Source of the DNA: Chloroflexota bacterium
Lineage (GTDB): Bacteria > Chloroflexota > UBA11872 > VXOZ01
Direction of reading: 5' to 3'
Length of the DNA stretch: 64,000 nt
Assembly (NCBI GenBank): GCA_964291655.2
Contig: OZ219801.1
Location: 320,001-384,000 of the forward strand
Shown in pieces: positions 50,947-60,892 of this stretch (position 1 is the stretch's first letter; the number at the start of each line of letters is the position of its first letter). Under the pieces are notes generated by a model, which was given only the letters and a program-made list of their open reading frames with translations, was not told the origin of the DNA and ran no database searches. The position numbers were made by a program, and so were the translations under genes.

Positions 50947-52604
50947 GGTCCGAAAAACTCGACGGCCAGATCCTCCGAGTCCTGGCCGACATGCCCTTCC
51001 TCAACCGCCCGGAGATGGTCGCAGTTACAGGCCGGTCGAAGGGCGCGGTCCACGAGGCCGTCGATGGGCTTCAGGAAGGCGGAATCTGCGCCTCCGTGCT
51101 CCACGCCGTGGACTCTTTTCCCCCTACGCGGAGGTTCCACCTCACGGCTGCGGGGCTGCGCAGGCTCGCCCGCGAGAAGCGCATGACTCCCGACGAACTG
51201 GTGCGCACGCACCCCGTCTCTGCCCAGTGGCGGCGCAATCTGATGGAACGCATGGACGCCCTAGCGGTTATCTACCGACTGGCCTCCCACCTCTCCGACT
51301 ACGCATACCCCATGCGCTTTCGCTGGTACCGCTCCTCGAAGCTGGACGCCGCCGTTGAGCTTCCGGATGGGAAGACAATCGGCATCGTCAGGCAGGGACT
51401 CACCGCCGACCGAGCGGTCTTCGCCCAGCGTCTCTGGCGGCTGAAGGACGAGCCCATGCCGGGGATCGTCCTCATCCTCACGACGGACGGGGTGCGACTC
51501 AGGCACGCCCGCAGGATGCTCTCGACCATCGACGTCCCGGCCCTATTCGCCCTGGAGCGTGAGGCGGTCGCGGCCGGAGCCGACGACCCGATATGGACTC
51601 CGGCCCAGGTCAGCGCCGCCGTGAGCCTACGTTATGCCCTCGACAGGATGGAGCCCGGCGGCGCGTTGCCACAGGAGCCGCAACCCGCTCTGGCGTCGGT
51701 CCCCGCCGACCTGCCCGTCACGGGGACGGCATCGGACATGGCCGACCACATGCTGCCCCTGATGCTCAAATCTGCCGAGAAGTGCGCCCTCGACCTGGTA
51801 TTCGACTGGCCCTGGATCGCCCTCTCGGAGCTGGCCGGGCTGATGGGCGTCTCGCCCCAACGGGCGTCCCAGCTGATCAACCCGCTAGAGGGCTTCAGGC
51901 TCGTCGTCCGGCCCCGCGAGGTGGGAGGACGGTTGGCCCTCACCGACCGGGGACTGACTCTCCTCGCCCGCAGGGACAGGACCTCCGTCACTGTCGCCAG
52001 GAGGAGGTTGAGCGTCGACCGGGAGGACGCCACCGCCCCCTACGGCTGGCGCAATCTCTCCGGCAGCCGGAGCAGGCAGCTTCTCAGGAACATCGAGCAC
52101 ACCGCCGCCGTTCACGGCTTCCTCGCCGCGCTCACGGGCCAGGCCCGGCACCTGGGCTGGGAGGGCGTGCATCTCGACCCGCCCAGGATGGCGTCCCGTC
52201 ACTTCCGCCACGACGACCGGATGCGGGCCGTCTATCCCGACGCTTTCGGCGTCCTGCAAAAGGGCGAGACGACCTGGCACTTCTTCCTGGAGTGGGAGCG
52301 CCGCGCCGTGCGCCCATCGACCATGGCGGCCCGTCTCGCCCCATATCTGCGCTACTACTCATCTCACAGGCCCATCGACGACCACGGCGCGAAACCCGAT
52401 GTTCTCATCGTCTTCGACGACGACATCGCCGCCACCCACTTCCTGCGCGTGGCGCGGGAGCGGATGCAGGCCAGCGGGGTCGCGGTCCCCCTGTGGGTCT
52501 CCCACAAAGAGGCAATCGACGCCCTGGGGCCGTTGGGACGCGCCTGGCGCACCCCGGCCACCGCCTGGGAACCACCCCAGGCACTACTGACAGAAAAGCA
52601 ATGA
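50943..52604 (+). CDS. replication-relaxation (Replic_Relax) family protein, putative relaxase
   Basis: Duplicated wHTH/nuclease architecture; C-terminal HT...PDAFG...FFLEWER motif; overlaps the coupling-protein stop. Confidence 0.75.
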   Translation: MRSEKLDGQILRVLADMPFLNRPEMVAVTGRSKGAVHEAVDGLQEGGICASVLHAVDSFPPTRRFHLTAAGLRRLAREKRMTPDELVRTHPVSAQWRRNLMERMDALAVIYRLASHLSDYAYPMRFRWYRSSKLDAAVELPDGKTIGIVRQGLTADRAVFAQRLWRLKDEPMPGIVLILTTDGVRLRHARRMLSTIDVPALFALEREAVAAGADDPIWTPAQVSAAVSLRYALDRMEPGGALPQEPQPALASVPADLPVTGTASDMADHMLPLMLKSAEKCALDLVFDWPWIALSELAGLMGVSPQRASQLINPLEGFRLVVRPREVGGRLALTDRGLTLLARRDRTSVTVARRRLSVDREDATAPYGWRNLSGSRSRQLLRNIEHTAAVHGFLAALTGQARHLGWEGVHLDPPRMASRHFRHDDRMRAVYPDAFGVLQKGETTWHFFLEWERRAVRPSTMAARLAPYLRYYSSHRPIDDHGAKPDVLIVFDDDIAATHFLRVARERMQASGVAVPLWVSHKEAIDALGPLGRAWRTPATAWEPPQALLTEKQ

Positions 52605-52927
52605 GCGGCGCAGGGAGCGTCGCGAAAGTCCCCCGTTCAATCCCCGATAGAGGATGGAAAGCCGATGTGCTCACGGAATAACGATATACGGAGAGGCCCC
52701 CGGAGGAGCGGAGGACGGACCGTCGTCCGGCTCGACGCGGCGGCCCTGGGAGACGGCTCGCTCCGCTGAGCCCCTCCCGGAACCGGCCCGCCGGGGTCGA
52801 TACAGACAGACCCGGACCCATGTCGATGCAGGACAGCGGGGAGCGACCGCCCTCCGGTCGCATCCGCCGCCGGATGCACAAGGCCTTGGAACCAAACGCC
52901 AAGAGCTTTGCGACATGGAGGTATGCA

Positions 52928-53218
52928 ATGAACAACACCGACCACATCTACGAATTGAGCGGGATGGAGCCCCTTCAGGGCGCCGTTCTGCCCGAGGATT
53001 TCCCTCTGAGGCTGGAGCTCCTCAAGGAGGCCAGCGGCTTCAGCTGGCGCGGCATGGCCAGGGCCATCGGCATCGACCACAAGCTGCTGCTCAGGTGGCG
53101 CAGGGGAGCGGCGCCGAGCGGGGGCTCGATGCTCTCCCTGTTCCTGTTCGCCAACCGCATCGGATGCCTTCACATCCTCCTGGGGGAGGGGCTACAGATG
53201 ACCTTCTTCAGGAACTAG
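52928..53218 (+). CDS. XRE-family HTH regulator
   Basis: L..LKEASGFSWRGMARAIGID...L.RWRRG..P. Confidence 0.75.
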   Translation: MNNTDHIYELSGMEPLQGAVLPEDFPLRLELLKEASGFSWRGMARAIGIDHKLLLRWRRGAAPSGGSMLSLFLFANRIGCLHILLGEGLQMTFFRN

Positions 53219-53387
53219 CGGACACACCCCGCCGGCGTCGGCATCGGCGCATCGGCGGCAAGGCGGGGTAGGAAACAAAAACGCCGCCGGGCGCTCGTAC
53301 CGATCCGTCCGTGCCCGGCGGCCCAGCCAAAAGATCTGTAACGAGAGGCCAGCGGCATCACCCGAACCGCCGCTGCGACTGTGCAAC

Positions 53388-53654
53388 ATGAAAGACACCA
53401 GTAGACAGAATGCAAGGAACAGGCAGAGGAAGAGGAGACCACAGCGGGACGCTCCCGAGTCATACGCCGACTCGCCGATGGAGTCCTACACCCCGGCCCA
53501 GCAGAGGATGGTCCGCAACGGGCTGCGCATCCTGGCCAAGGTCGCCATACGAGCACACCTGCGAAGGAGTGCAGGCCGCCTCGATTCGGAGGGGGACTGC
53601 GACGGACGGCGAGGCGGCTTAGCAGACGACTCCGAGGGACGACGTGGCGTCTGA
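53388..53654 (+). CDS. small hypothetical protein
   Basis: 88 aa ORF with basic amphipathic helix GLRILAKVAIRAHLRR. Confidence 0.5.
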   Translation: MKDTSRQNARNRQRKRRPQRDAPESYADSPMESYTPAQQRMVRNGLRILAKVAIRAHLRRSAGRLDSEGDCDGRRGGLADDSEGRRGV

Positions 53655-53700
53655 GCCTAACGACCGGCGCAGGAGTGCGCGAATCGGGAGCTTAGACCGA

Positions 53701-54441
53701 TTAGAAGGTCGAGGCGTCCTCGCCCACCCACTTGCGGATGAGGTCGTTCAAAGTACCGTCGGACTTCATCTCGGCCAGGGCAGAGTTCAGCTTCGCCAGC
53801 AGGTCGTTGTCCTTGCGCACGCCCATGCCTATGCCCCGGCCCAGCAGCACCGAGGGGCCGACGACGGTCAGTCGTCCCTTGTACTCCGAGAGCTTGTCCG
53901 TGGCGTAGGCATGGTCCACCAGCATCGCGTCGATGTCGCCGTTCAACAGCGGGGCCAACCGGTCGTCCTCGTCGCTGAACTCTATGTAAGCGATGCCTCG
54001 TTCCGTGAAATAGTCCGAGTAGATGGTGTTGGCGTAAGCCCCCAACCGACCCTCAACGGCCTCGTCGCCCGCGCCCGCCACGGCGAGGTAGACGGACGGA
54101 GTGGGAGGGTAGTATGGCTCGGTGAAGTCGATGGTCTGCTCGCGCTTGTCAGTGATGCTCATGCCGGCGATGATGGCGTCGAACTCCCCCGCCACCAGGT
54201 CCGGGATCATGCTCCCCCAGTCGTTCAGCACCCACTCGCACTCAAGATCGGCCCTGCGGCAGAGTTCGTCGCCGAGCTCGCGCTCAAACCCGTCGATCTC
54301 GCCGTCGTCGTTGATGAAGTTGAAGGGGTGGTAGTCGCCCTCGGTGGCCAACAGCACGGGCTCCGTGTTGTCACTGCACGCGAGCGCCAGTCCACCGACC
54401 GCAACGATCATGATCGCCAGGAGCAGCTTCCAGAGAGACAA
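53701..54441 (-). CDS. polar amino acid ABC transporter substrate-binding lipoprotein
   Basis: Lipobox ALAC, TEG.Y.PFN, GFE, FDAIIAGMSIT..R...IDFT.PY. Confidence 0.9.
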   Translation of the reverse strand: MSLWKLLLAIMIVAVGGLALACSDNTEPVLLATEGDYHPFNFINDDGEIDGFERELGDELCRRADLECEWVLNDWGSMIPDLVAGEFDAIIAGMSITDKREQTIDFTEPYYPPTPSVYLAVAGAGDEAVEGRLGAYANTIYSDYFTERGIAYIEFSDEDDRLAPLLNGDIDAMLVDHAYATDKLSEYKGRLTVVGPSVLLGRGIGMGVRKDNDLLAKLNSALAEMKSDGTLNDLIRKWVGEDASTF

Positions 54442-54450
54442 CTTAGATCA

Positions 54451-54891
54451 CTAGCTCTGCGAGCCGTCGCCCACATTCCACATGCGTTTTCCAACGATAA
54501 GCGCCAAGACCGTGAACAGTGAGTCCACCAACGGGAAGTAGACCACGTGCGACGTGACAGCTTCACCCGTCTCGCTGTCTGGGTTCAGCGTCCAGAACCA
54601 CTCCCAGAAGAACAGCATGGCCAGGACGACTCCCCCGTAGAACACGAAGCTGCCCCGGACGTGGTCGAGTGTGCTCGCGCCCTCTTCGCCCGCGCTGTCG
54701 AGGATGCGCTTACGCAGGGATCCCACGACCAGGATGATGAGCACGGCGACGGCCATGAACCAGTTCAGTATCTTCCACGTGGGGTAATCAGGCGATCCGT
54801 CGTGATACAGCGGGGTGGCGATCAGGTTGAGAAACACCGCAAGGCCAACGATCACGAGATATGCAGCAACGATCTTCGCAAGCAACTGCAT
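54451..54891 (-). CDS. four-TM membrane protein
   Basis: Four hydrophobic helices; RBS GGAGG. Confidence 0.75.
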   Translation of the reverse strand: MQLLAKIVAAYLVIVGLAVFLNLIATPLYHDGSPDYPTWKILNWFMAVAVLIILVVGSLRKRILDSAGEEGASTLDHVRGSFVFYGGVVLAMLFFWEWFWTLNPDSETGEAVTSHVVYFPLVDSLFTVLALIVGKRMWNVGDGSQS

Positions 54892-55112
54892 GGTCCTTGA
54901 CCTCCTGAGGGATCTAGCAGTGAACCCGATATGTACTGATCTTGAGAGTCCTCAACAGAATGAACCTCGCCATAGTAATGTCTCGCCCCTATTTTACTCT
55001 GTTTAGACTGCGCGCAACAGGGGCGAGTAGCTTGACGGAGACACCCCGATTCGTTCATGATAAGAGTAAGACTGAGCGCTACCTCAACAGGCAAAAAGGG
55101 GACATTCCCACC

Positions 55113-55310
55113 ATGCCAAGGACAACCGACACCATCACCTTCTCACTGCCACCGGAGTTGGCCCAACAGGTCCGGCAGGTGGTAGAGGAGGAGCAGCGCA
55201 CCGTGAGCGAACTGCTCCGGGAGGCCATCCGTCTCTACATGGAGGAGCGTGAGTGGCGCATCAAGGAACGGACGGAGCGGCGGCTTTCGGGCCGGACCAA
55301 AAAGCATTGA
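55113..55310 (+). CDS. CopG/ribbon-helix-helix regulator
   Basis: ITFSLPPEL...VSELLREAIR.Y; TTGACG promoter-like element at 55032; directly upstream of the integrase. Confidence 0.85.
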   Translation: MPRTTDTITFSLPPELAQQVRQVVEEEQRTVSELLREAIRLYMEEREWRIKERTERRLSGRTKKH

Positions 55311-55329
55311 ACAGGAGGAGTAAGCGCAG

Positions 55330-57024
55330 ATGAACAATATAACCGACTACACCCCAGTGGCCCTCTACGCCAGGGTCTCCAGCGACCGCCAGGACGTGGA
55401 CCTGTCCGTCGCCGCACAGCTGCGGGCGCTCAGGGACTACGCCGCCAAGAACGACTACTCCGTCGCCCGCGAGTACGTGGACGAAGCCGAGAGCGGCCGT
55501 GTCGCCGACAGACCCGAGTTCCGCAAGATGATCGAAGAGGCCGCCAAGCCCCAGGCGCCTTTTAGGGAGATTCTCGTCTGGAAATTTAGTAGATTCACCC
55601 GCAAGCGGGAGCACGCCGTGGCCTTCAAGTCCATGCTCCGGCGCAAGGGCGTCCGCGTCGTCTCCATCACAGAGCAGGCTGAGGACACCGCCACCGGCAG
55701 GCTCCTTGAGGGAATCATCGAGAGCGTGGACGAATTCTACTCGGAAAATCTTGCCGAGGAGGTTCGACGGGGGATGCGCGAGGCGGCCTCCAGAGGCTTC
55801 TGGGTCGCCAGCAGGACGCCCTACGGCTACAACCGCGTCATGGTGCAGGATGGGGCCAAGAAGAGACCCACACTCGAAATCGACCCGGACACATCACCCG
55901 TCGTCAAGCGCATCTTCGACATGGCCGAGGCAGCCACGGGTATGACCGAGATCACTCGAACGCTCAACAGCGAGGGCATCGCCAGCGCCACCGGAAAACT
56001 CTGGTCCAAGAACGGCGTCCACTTCATCCTCAAGAACGAGGTCTACACGGGGACCCTTCTCTGGGGCGCTACCGGCAAGGGCAAGGCCGACCCGGTGAGG
56101 ATCGAGAAGGCTTTCCCGTCCATCGTCTCAAAGGCCCAGTTCAAGCGTGTCAACAGGCTGATGCGCTCCCGCGCCCCGAAGAGGACGCACCCCCGCAGGG
56201 TGGGAAGCACCTACCTGCTCAGCGGCCTGGTCCGCTGCAAGTCCTGCAACAGGGCGCTCTCCGGCCAGGACGCCAAGAGCGGCCAGTTCGCCTACTACGT
56301 CTGCCAGTCCATCATGAAGCGGGGCAAGGGCGCCTGCGACACCCCCAGGCTCAACGCACGACGCTTCGAGGAGATGGTGGTGGGGAAGATAAGGGAGAGT
56401 GTGCTTACCGAGTCCAACATCACCGAGCTGGTCAAGATCGTGGACGAGGAGATGGACGGCGTGGCGAGTGAGCAGCGCCAGAAGCTTGAGACCATCGAGA
56501 CGGAGCTTGAGGAGGTCAAGCGCAAGCTGGGCCGCGTCTGGCACCTGGTGGAGAACACCGACCTCGACATGGCCGACGCCTCGGACCGCATCAGGGAGCA
56601 CCGGGAGCGGCAGCAGCGTCTTGAGGATGCAGCGGCAGAGGCCAGGGCCATCCTCTCCCAGCGCAGGGAGGTGCTGGACGACGTGGAGACCATCGCGGCC
56701 TACGCCCAGGACATGAGCCAGTTCCTCAACGAGAGCGAACTGACCGAGCGCAGGGCCTTCATCGAGAGCTTCGTCAAGGAGATCGTCGTGATGCCCGATA
56801 ACGCCCTCCTGCGGTACACCATCCCCATGCCTCAGGATGGTCCCGTAGGAGGGAAGGACGCCCAAGAGATGGCCCTGGACGGCTCAGTTCTGCCTACCGT
56901 CAAAAATGGTGGACCCGATCGGGGTCGAACCGACGACCTCGTGAATGCCATTCACGCGCTCTCCCAACTGAGCTACGGGCCCGCATTCGACTATAATTGT
57001 AGCATCGAACGAGGAGTCGCGTAA
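55330..57024 (+). CDS. large serine recombinase (integrase)
   Basis: YARVSS catalytic motif, SRFTR, PYGY recombinase domain, LSGLVRC..C zinc ribbon, coiled coil; ORF runs through attR and antisense across the tRNA. Confidence 0.96.
   Translation: MNNITDYTPVALYARVSSDRQDVDLSVAAQLRALRDYAAKNDYSVAREYVDEAESGRVADRPEFRKMIEEAAKPQAPFREILVWKFSRFTRKREHAVAFKSMLRRKGVRVVSITEQAEDTATGRLLEGIIESVDEFYSENLAEEVRRGMREAASRGFWVASRTPYGYNRVMVQDGAKKRPTLEIDPDTSPVVKRIFDMAEAATGMTEITRTLNSEGIASATGKLWSKNGVHFILKNEVYTGTLLWGATGKGKADPVRIEKAFPSIVSKAQFKRVNRLMRSRAPKRTHPRRVGSTYLLSGLVRCKSCNRALSGQDAKSGQFAYYVCQSIMKRGKGACDTPRLNARRFEEMVVGKIRESVLTESNITELVKIVDEEMDGVASEQRQKLETIETELEEVKRKLGRVWHLVENTDLDMADASDRIREHRERQQRLEDAAAEARAILSQRREVLDDVETIAAYAQDMSQFLNESELTERRAFIESFVKEIVVMPDNALLRYTIPMPQDGPVGGKDAQEMALDGSVLPTVKNGGPDRGRTDDLVNAIHALSQLSYGPAFDYNCSIERGVA
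56887..56912 (+). other. right attachment site (attR), crossover GG at 56911-56912
   Basis: GTTCT-N7-GTCAA-N7-GG overlapping the tRNA CCACCA 3' end. Confidence 0.85.
56907..56982 (-). tRNA. tRNA-Ala (GGC)
   Basis: 76-nt cloverleaf GGGCCCG...GGTTCGA...CGGGTCCACCA, anticodon GGC, G3:U70 pair. Confidence 0.97.
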
Positions 57025-57063
57025 ACGTAAGCCAGCGGGCTAATGACTATAAGGAGTCCACTG

Positions 57064-58116
57064 ATGGCTACCTACCGCGTTGGTATCGTCGGCTGCACCG
57101 GCATTGCCAGTCAACCGGCTCGATCGCTGTCTCATCCCATTTACGGCGCTGCCGCGCCGCATTCGCATGCCGCGGGCTACAACTGCGTGCCCGCGACGGA
57201 GGTCGTCGCGGTGTGCGACCTGCTGCCCGACCGCACGCAGGATTTTGTTTCCAAGTGGCAGCACCGCTGGCCGGGCATCACCCAGTATCAGGACTATCGC
57301 GAGATGTTGGCACGCGAGAACCTCGACATCGTCAGCGTGGTGACCGGGGACGACCGCCACGCCGACATTACGGTGGCCGCGGCGGAAGCCGGTGCGCGCG
57401 CCATTTTCTGCGAAAAGCCGCTTGCCACCAACCTCGCCGACGCCGACCGCATGATCGCGGCCATCGAGAAACACGGTGTCTTCCTGTCCGTGGATCACAG
57501 CCGCCGCTGGCAACCCCAGTTTTACGAGGCGCGTGCAGCCATCCGCAACGGCGCCATCGGACCGGTACGAACAGTCGTGGGGAACATTGGCGGCCCGCGC
57601 GCCATGCTCTTTCGCAACGGCACGCACATGACGGATGCGATTTGCTTTTTCGCCGACGGAGAGCCGGCGTGGCTGACAGCCCGCTATGACGACCGCTTTG
57701 CGGACTACGGCCCGCGCTACGCCGGCGACGGCGGACACGATCCCAGCACCGACCCGGGCGTTTGCGCCTTCTATCTCTTTTCAAACGGTGTACGTGCCTT
57801 CTACAGCGGCTCGCAAGGGGTCGCCACTGGTTTCGAAATCGAGGTCTTGGGAGAGACCGGCCGAATCCGCTTGGGCAATGCCGTTGCCGCCACAATCGAG
57901 ACCGCCGACGGCGTGCAGGCGCTGGAGCCGGCTACAGCCGCGGTGTCCGGTAGTGCCGCCGCAATCGAAGAACTCATCGCGCTGGTTGAGGGACGTGGTA
58001 CGCTGCCTCAGATTTCCGGGCCTTACGACGGACGTCGCGTGACAGAAATCCTCGTCGCTGCAGTGCAGTCTGCCGCCCAGGGCGGGGCACCGGTCACATT
58101 CCCAGTCAAAGAATAA
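57064..58116 (+). CDS. Gfo/Idh/MocA family oxidoreductase
   Basis: RVGIVGC.GI, CEKPLA and GTH..D motifs. Confidence 0.92.
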   Translation: MATYRVGIVGCTGIASQPARSLSHPIYGAAAPHSHAAGYNCVPATEVVAVCDLLPDRTQDFVSKWQHRWPGITQYQDYREMLARENLDIVSVVTGDDRHADITVAAAEAGARAIFCEKPLATNLADADRMIAAIEKHGVFLSVDHSRRWQPQFYEARAAIRNGAIGPVRTVVGNIGGPRAMLFRNGTHMTDAICFFADGEPAWLTARYDDRFADYGPRYAGDGGHDPSTDPGVCAFYLFSNGVRAFYSGSQGVATGFEIEVLGETGRIRLGNAVAATIETADGVQALEPATAAVSGSAAAIEELIALVEGRGTLPQISGPYDGRRVTEILVAAVQSAAQGGAPVTFPVKE

Positions 58117-58266
58117 GAAAACTCTCCTAACCGGTGAGCTTGCCGGAGGCTGGAGGTCAAATCGCGGCAGTTTTGACCTTGAAGTACTGTCACCGTACAA
58201 TGCAGAACGTGTAATCACTGCTTGGTAAAGTAGACGAATGTTCTTGTGTCTAAGGAAAGGAACACA

Positions 58267-58737
58267 ATGTCACCGGAAGAGAAACTCAAAGAGCTGGGAC
58301 TCGAACTCCGAGCGCCAAATGCACCCATCGCTAACTATGTACCGTGGGTGCGCACTGGTAATCTGATCTACCTGTCGGGCCAAGGCCCCAATCGCGCGGG
58401 CGACGCTGAAGCCACCGTATACGACGGCAAATTGGGCGAGCGCTACGGCATCGAGGAGGGCTACGAAGCGGCCCGTCAAACCGCCTACAATCTCCTCTGC
58501 GCGCTTCAGGCCGCGACCGGCGACCTCAGCAAAGTATCGCGCATTGTGAAGGTTCTCGGCATGGTAAACAGCGCGCCCGACTTTGCCGATCAGCCGAAAG
58601 TGATCAATGGCTGCTCAGACCTCTTGGTAGAAGTCTTTGGCGACAAGGGTAAGCACGCCCGTTCCGCGGTGGGCATGGGCGCACTGCCGAACAACATCCC
58701 TGTCGAGATCGAGTTTATTGCAGAAGTAGAAGACTAA
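58267..58737 (+). CDS. RidA/YjgF family protein
   Basis: ANYVP....GNL.YLSGQGP, NG.SDLL..VFG..GKHARSAVG...LP...PVEIE. Confidence 0.92.
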   Translation: MSPEEKLKELGLELRAPNAPIANYVPWVRTGNLIYLSGQGPNRAGDAEATVYDGKLGERYGIEEGYEAARQTAYNLLCALQAATGDLSKVSRIVKVLGMVNSAPDFADQPKVINGCSDLLVEVFGDKGKHARSAVGMGALPNNIPVEIEFIAEVED

Positions 58738-59012
58738 CAGCACTGCAAGAGGACCGACATCTCCGTGACGGAGACCTTTGCATAAACCTTGCCGGGAGGG
58801 GAATGTCCCCTCTTCCGCCGGAGACCCTTGCAATACCCATGTGGAAGGAAGATTGTCCCCTCTCCCCTGACGGGAGAGGGTTAGGGTGAGAGCGAAAGTG
58901 CTCTGAGCACGAGCATAGTCTTGCCCGGATTGGTTCTACAATGATTGACTGTACAAGTTTTACGATTAGCGAAGCAGATAAGACCCCTCACCCCGGCCCT
59001 CTCCCCAAGGAG

Positions 59013-59300
59013 TGTACAGACCGGGGACATAGGTAACAGTTGTTCGGGGACATGGGTTACACATTTTACTGATTGACACCTACGAGAGCTTTGGGTTGGT
59101 CCGGGTTTGAAAAGAGACTGGCGACACAGTGCACTCACTTTCAGCCTGTCAGCTTGTGCCAGAGAAACAAACAGTGTGCATAAGGATATTGAGTGGATCT
59201 AACTTTCAAGGCAAGGACATCGCATACTACGAAAATCCCCTCGTTCTATGGTGTTACCTATGAGCCCGAACATGTGTAACCCATGTACCCGGTCTATACA
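59013..59300. mobile_element. 288-bp MITE with IS481-type ends (copy 1)
   Basis: TGTACAGACCGGGGACAT...ATGTACCCGGTCTATACA; 5-bp target duplication AGGAG. Confidence 0.9.
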
Positions 59301-59524
59301 AGGAGAGGGCGTAAGTCTTGCTCCTCCGGCCGGGGATATGCTAAGGTCTCCCGGAGGGAGAATACGGCACAGATCGGGTCCCCTCTCCTGGGGGAGAGGG
59401 TTAGGGTGAGGGGGAAAGTCCCCGCAGTCTAGGAGTCTTTCCCCGTTATCGCTCTCATGCGTATCGGTCTTGCTATTAAAGAGGATGGGTTGAGCAGAAG
59501 TCCCCTCACCCCGGCCCTCTCCCC

Positions 59525-60789
59525 TGTACAGACCGGGGACATAGGTAACAGATGTTCGGGTAGATAGGTTACACATTTTGTGCTCTGAGGTCTATGGTTT
59601 TTACTCTTTGGATCGAGAAGTACACGTCCCAGACACCGTCCGTTCGGGTGGGTCGCAGGGCGACTTGCTTGTGCGTGAAGGCCCTGCCCACACGGAGCCG
59701 TCTGCCTTGGAAGGAGATGCGGCCGGAGACATCGACGCTGCGTACGCGGTCGTCGGGAGCGTAGGCGAGGGCAGGCAAGGTCTCTGGGAAAGGGCGAGGA
59801 CTAGGCGTGTATCTGGTAATGGGAGTGTCGAGATCGAGGGCATGGTGTGGGCGTTCCAAGTTGTAGAAGTGGCGCCAGGTGTCAAAGGCGCGCTGGCAAT
59901 GGTCCAGGTCGGTAAAGGTGGTCCCTGCCAGCAGTTCGCTCTTGAGGGAGCGGTGGAAGCGTTCCAGCTTGCCGAGTGTCTGGGGATGGTAGGGTCGGCT
60001 GTGCAGGACGTTGATGCCCAGCTGCATGAGCCAGACGGTGAGGGGCGTGAAGGGCTGGGCACTGTCGTTACCCCAGGGAGAGCCGTTGTCCATGAGCATG
60101 GCCTGGGGCAAGCCGTAGCGGCGAAAGACAGCGGTGAGGCGGTCTTGGACCGTCTCTCCCCGCTCGTTGGCACAGGCCTGTAACCCGAGGTTGAAGCGGG
60201 AGTGATCGTCTAGGAGGGTGAGAGGATGACAGCGGTTCTGCTGCATGACGAAATGTCCCTTGAAGTCCATCTGCCACAGCTCGTTGGGCTGGGGTCGTTC
60301 GAAGCGCACATGGGGCGTGTGCTTGGCGCTCTGGGCTGGATCGATGAGCCCATGGCGTTTGAGAATGGCATTGATGGTGCTCTTGGCCGGCACGTCGGTA
60401 TGCCCCTGGTCCTGCAGCATTCTGCGCAGCACATGGGCGCCCTTCGTAGGATGCGCCAGACGCAGCGCGATGATGCGTTCCTCCAGCGCCGGGCGCGTGC
60501 GGTGCGGACACGTGTGCGGCCGCCGCGACCGGTCGTGCAAACCGTCTTCGCCAGCTTTCGCATACCGCTCCAGCGTCTTGTACGCCGTCTTGCGACTGAT
60601 CTCCAGACGGCGACACAGCTCGCTGATGTTGGCCCCTTCCATCAGTGCCAGTGCAATGAACTCCTTGCGTTCAGACACAACCGTACTCTCCTTCCAAGGC
60701 ATGGCGCTCCTCCATCTGTAAGAATCTCCATGCCTTAAGGTGTAACCTATGTGCCCGAACATGTGTAACCCATGTACCCGGTCTATACA
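59525..60789 (-). mobile_element. IS481-family insertion sequence
   Basis: TGT...ACA terminal inverted repeats; 6-bp target duplication CTCCCC. Confidence 0.93.
59569..60702 (-). CDS. IS481 family transposase
   Basis: MPW start, WQMDFKG, DDHSRF, DNG.PW, HPQT.GK.ERFH. Confidence 0.95.
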   Translation of the reverse strand: MPWKESTVVSERKEFIALALMEGANISELCRRLEISRKTAYKTLERYAKAGEDGLHDRSRRPHTCPHRTRPALEERIIALRLAHPTKGAHVLRRMLQDQGHTDVPAKSTINAILKRHGLIDPAQSAKHTPHVRFERPQPNELWQMDFKGHFVMQQNRCHPLTLLDDHSRFNLGLQACANERGETVQDRLTAVFRRYGLPQAMLMDNGSPWGNDSAQPFTPLTVWLMQLGINVLHSRPYHPQTLGKLERFHRSLKSELLAGTTFTDLDHCQRAFDTWRHFYNLERPHHALDLDTPITRYTPSPRPFPETLPALAYAPDDRVRSVDVSGRISFQGRRLRVGRAFTHKQVALRPTRTDGVWDVYFSIQRVKTIDLRAQNV

Positions 60790-60892
60790 CTCCCCAAGGA
60801 GAGGGAGTAAGTCTTGCTCCTCCGGCCAGAATTATGCAGAGGTCTCCCGGAGGAAGAATACGGCACAGATCGGGTCCCCTCTCCTGGGGGAG

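Larger units (their letters stand above)
12294..56912. mobile_element. integrative conjugative element (~44.6 kb) in tRNA-Ala(GGC)
   Basis: LSR next to the tRNA 3' end, matching att arms at both ends, VirB4/VirD4/pilin/Replic_Relax genes, primase and helicase; core looks more GC-rich than the flanks. Confidence 0.9.

Noticed and set aside
55021-55045. Additional att arm at TTGACGGAG
   Set aside because: No GG at the required 7-nt distance; better explained as a -35 element for the RHH-integrase operon.
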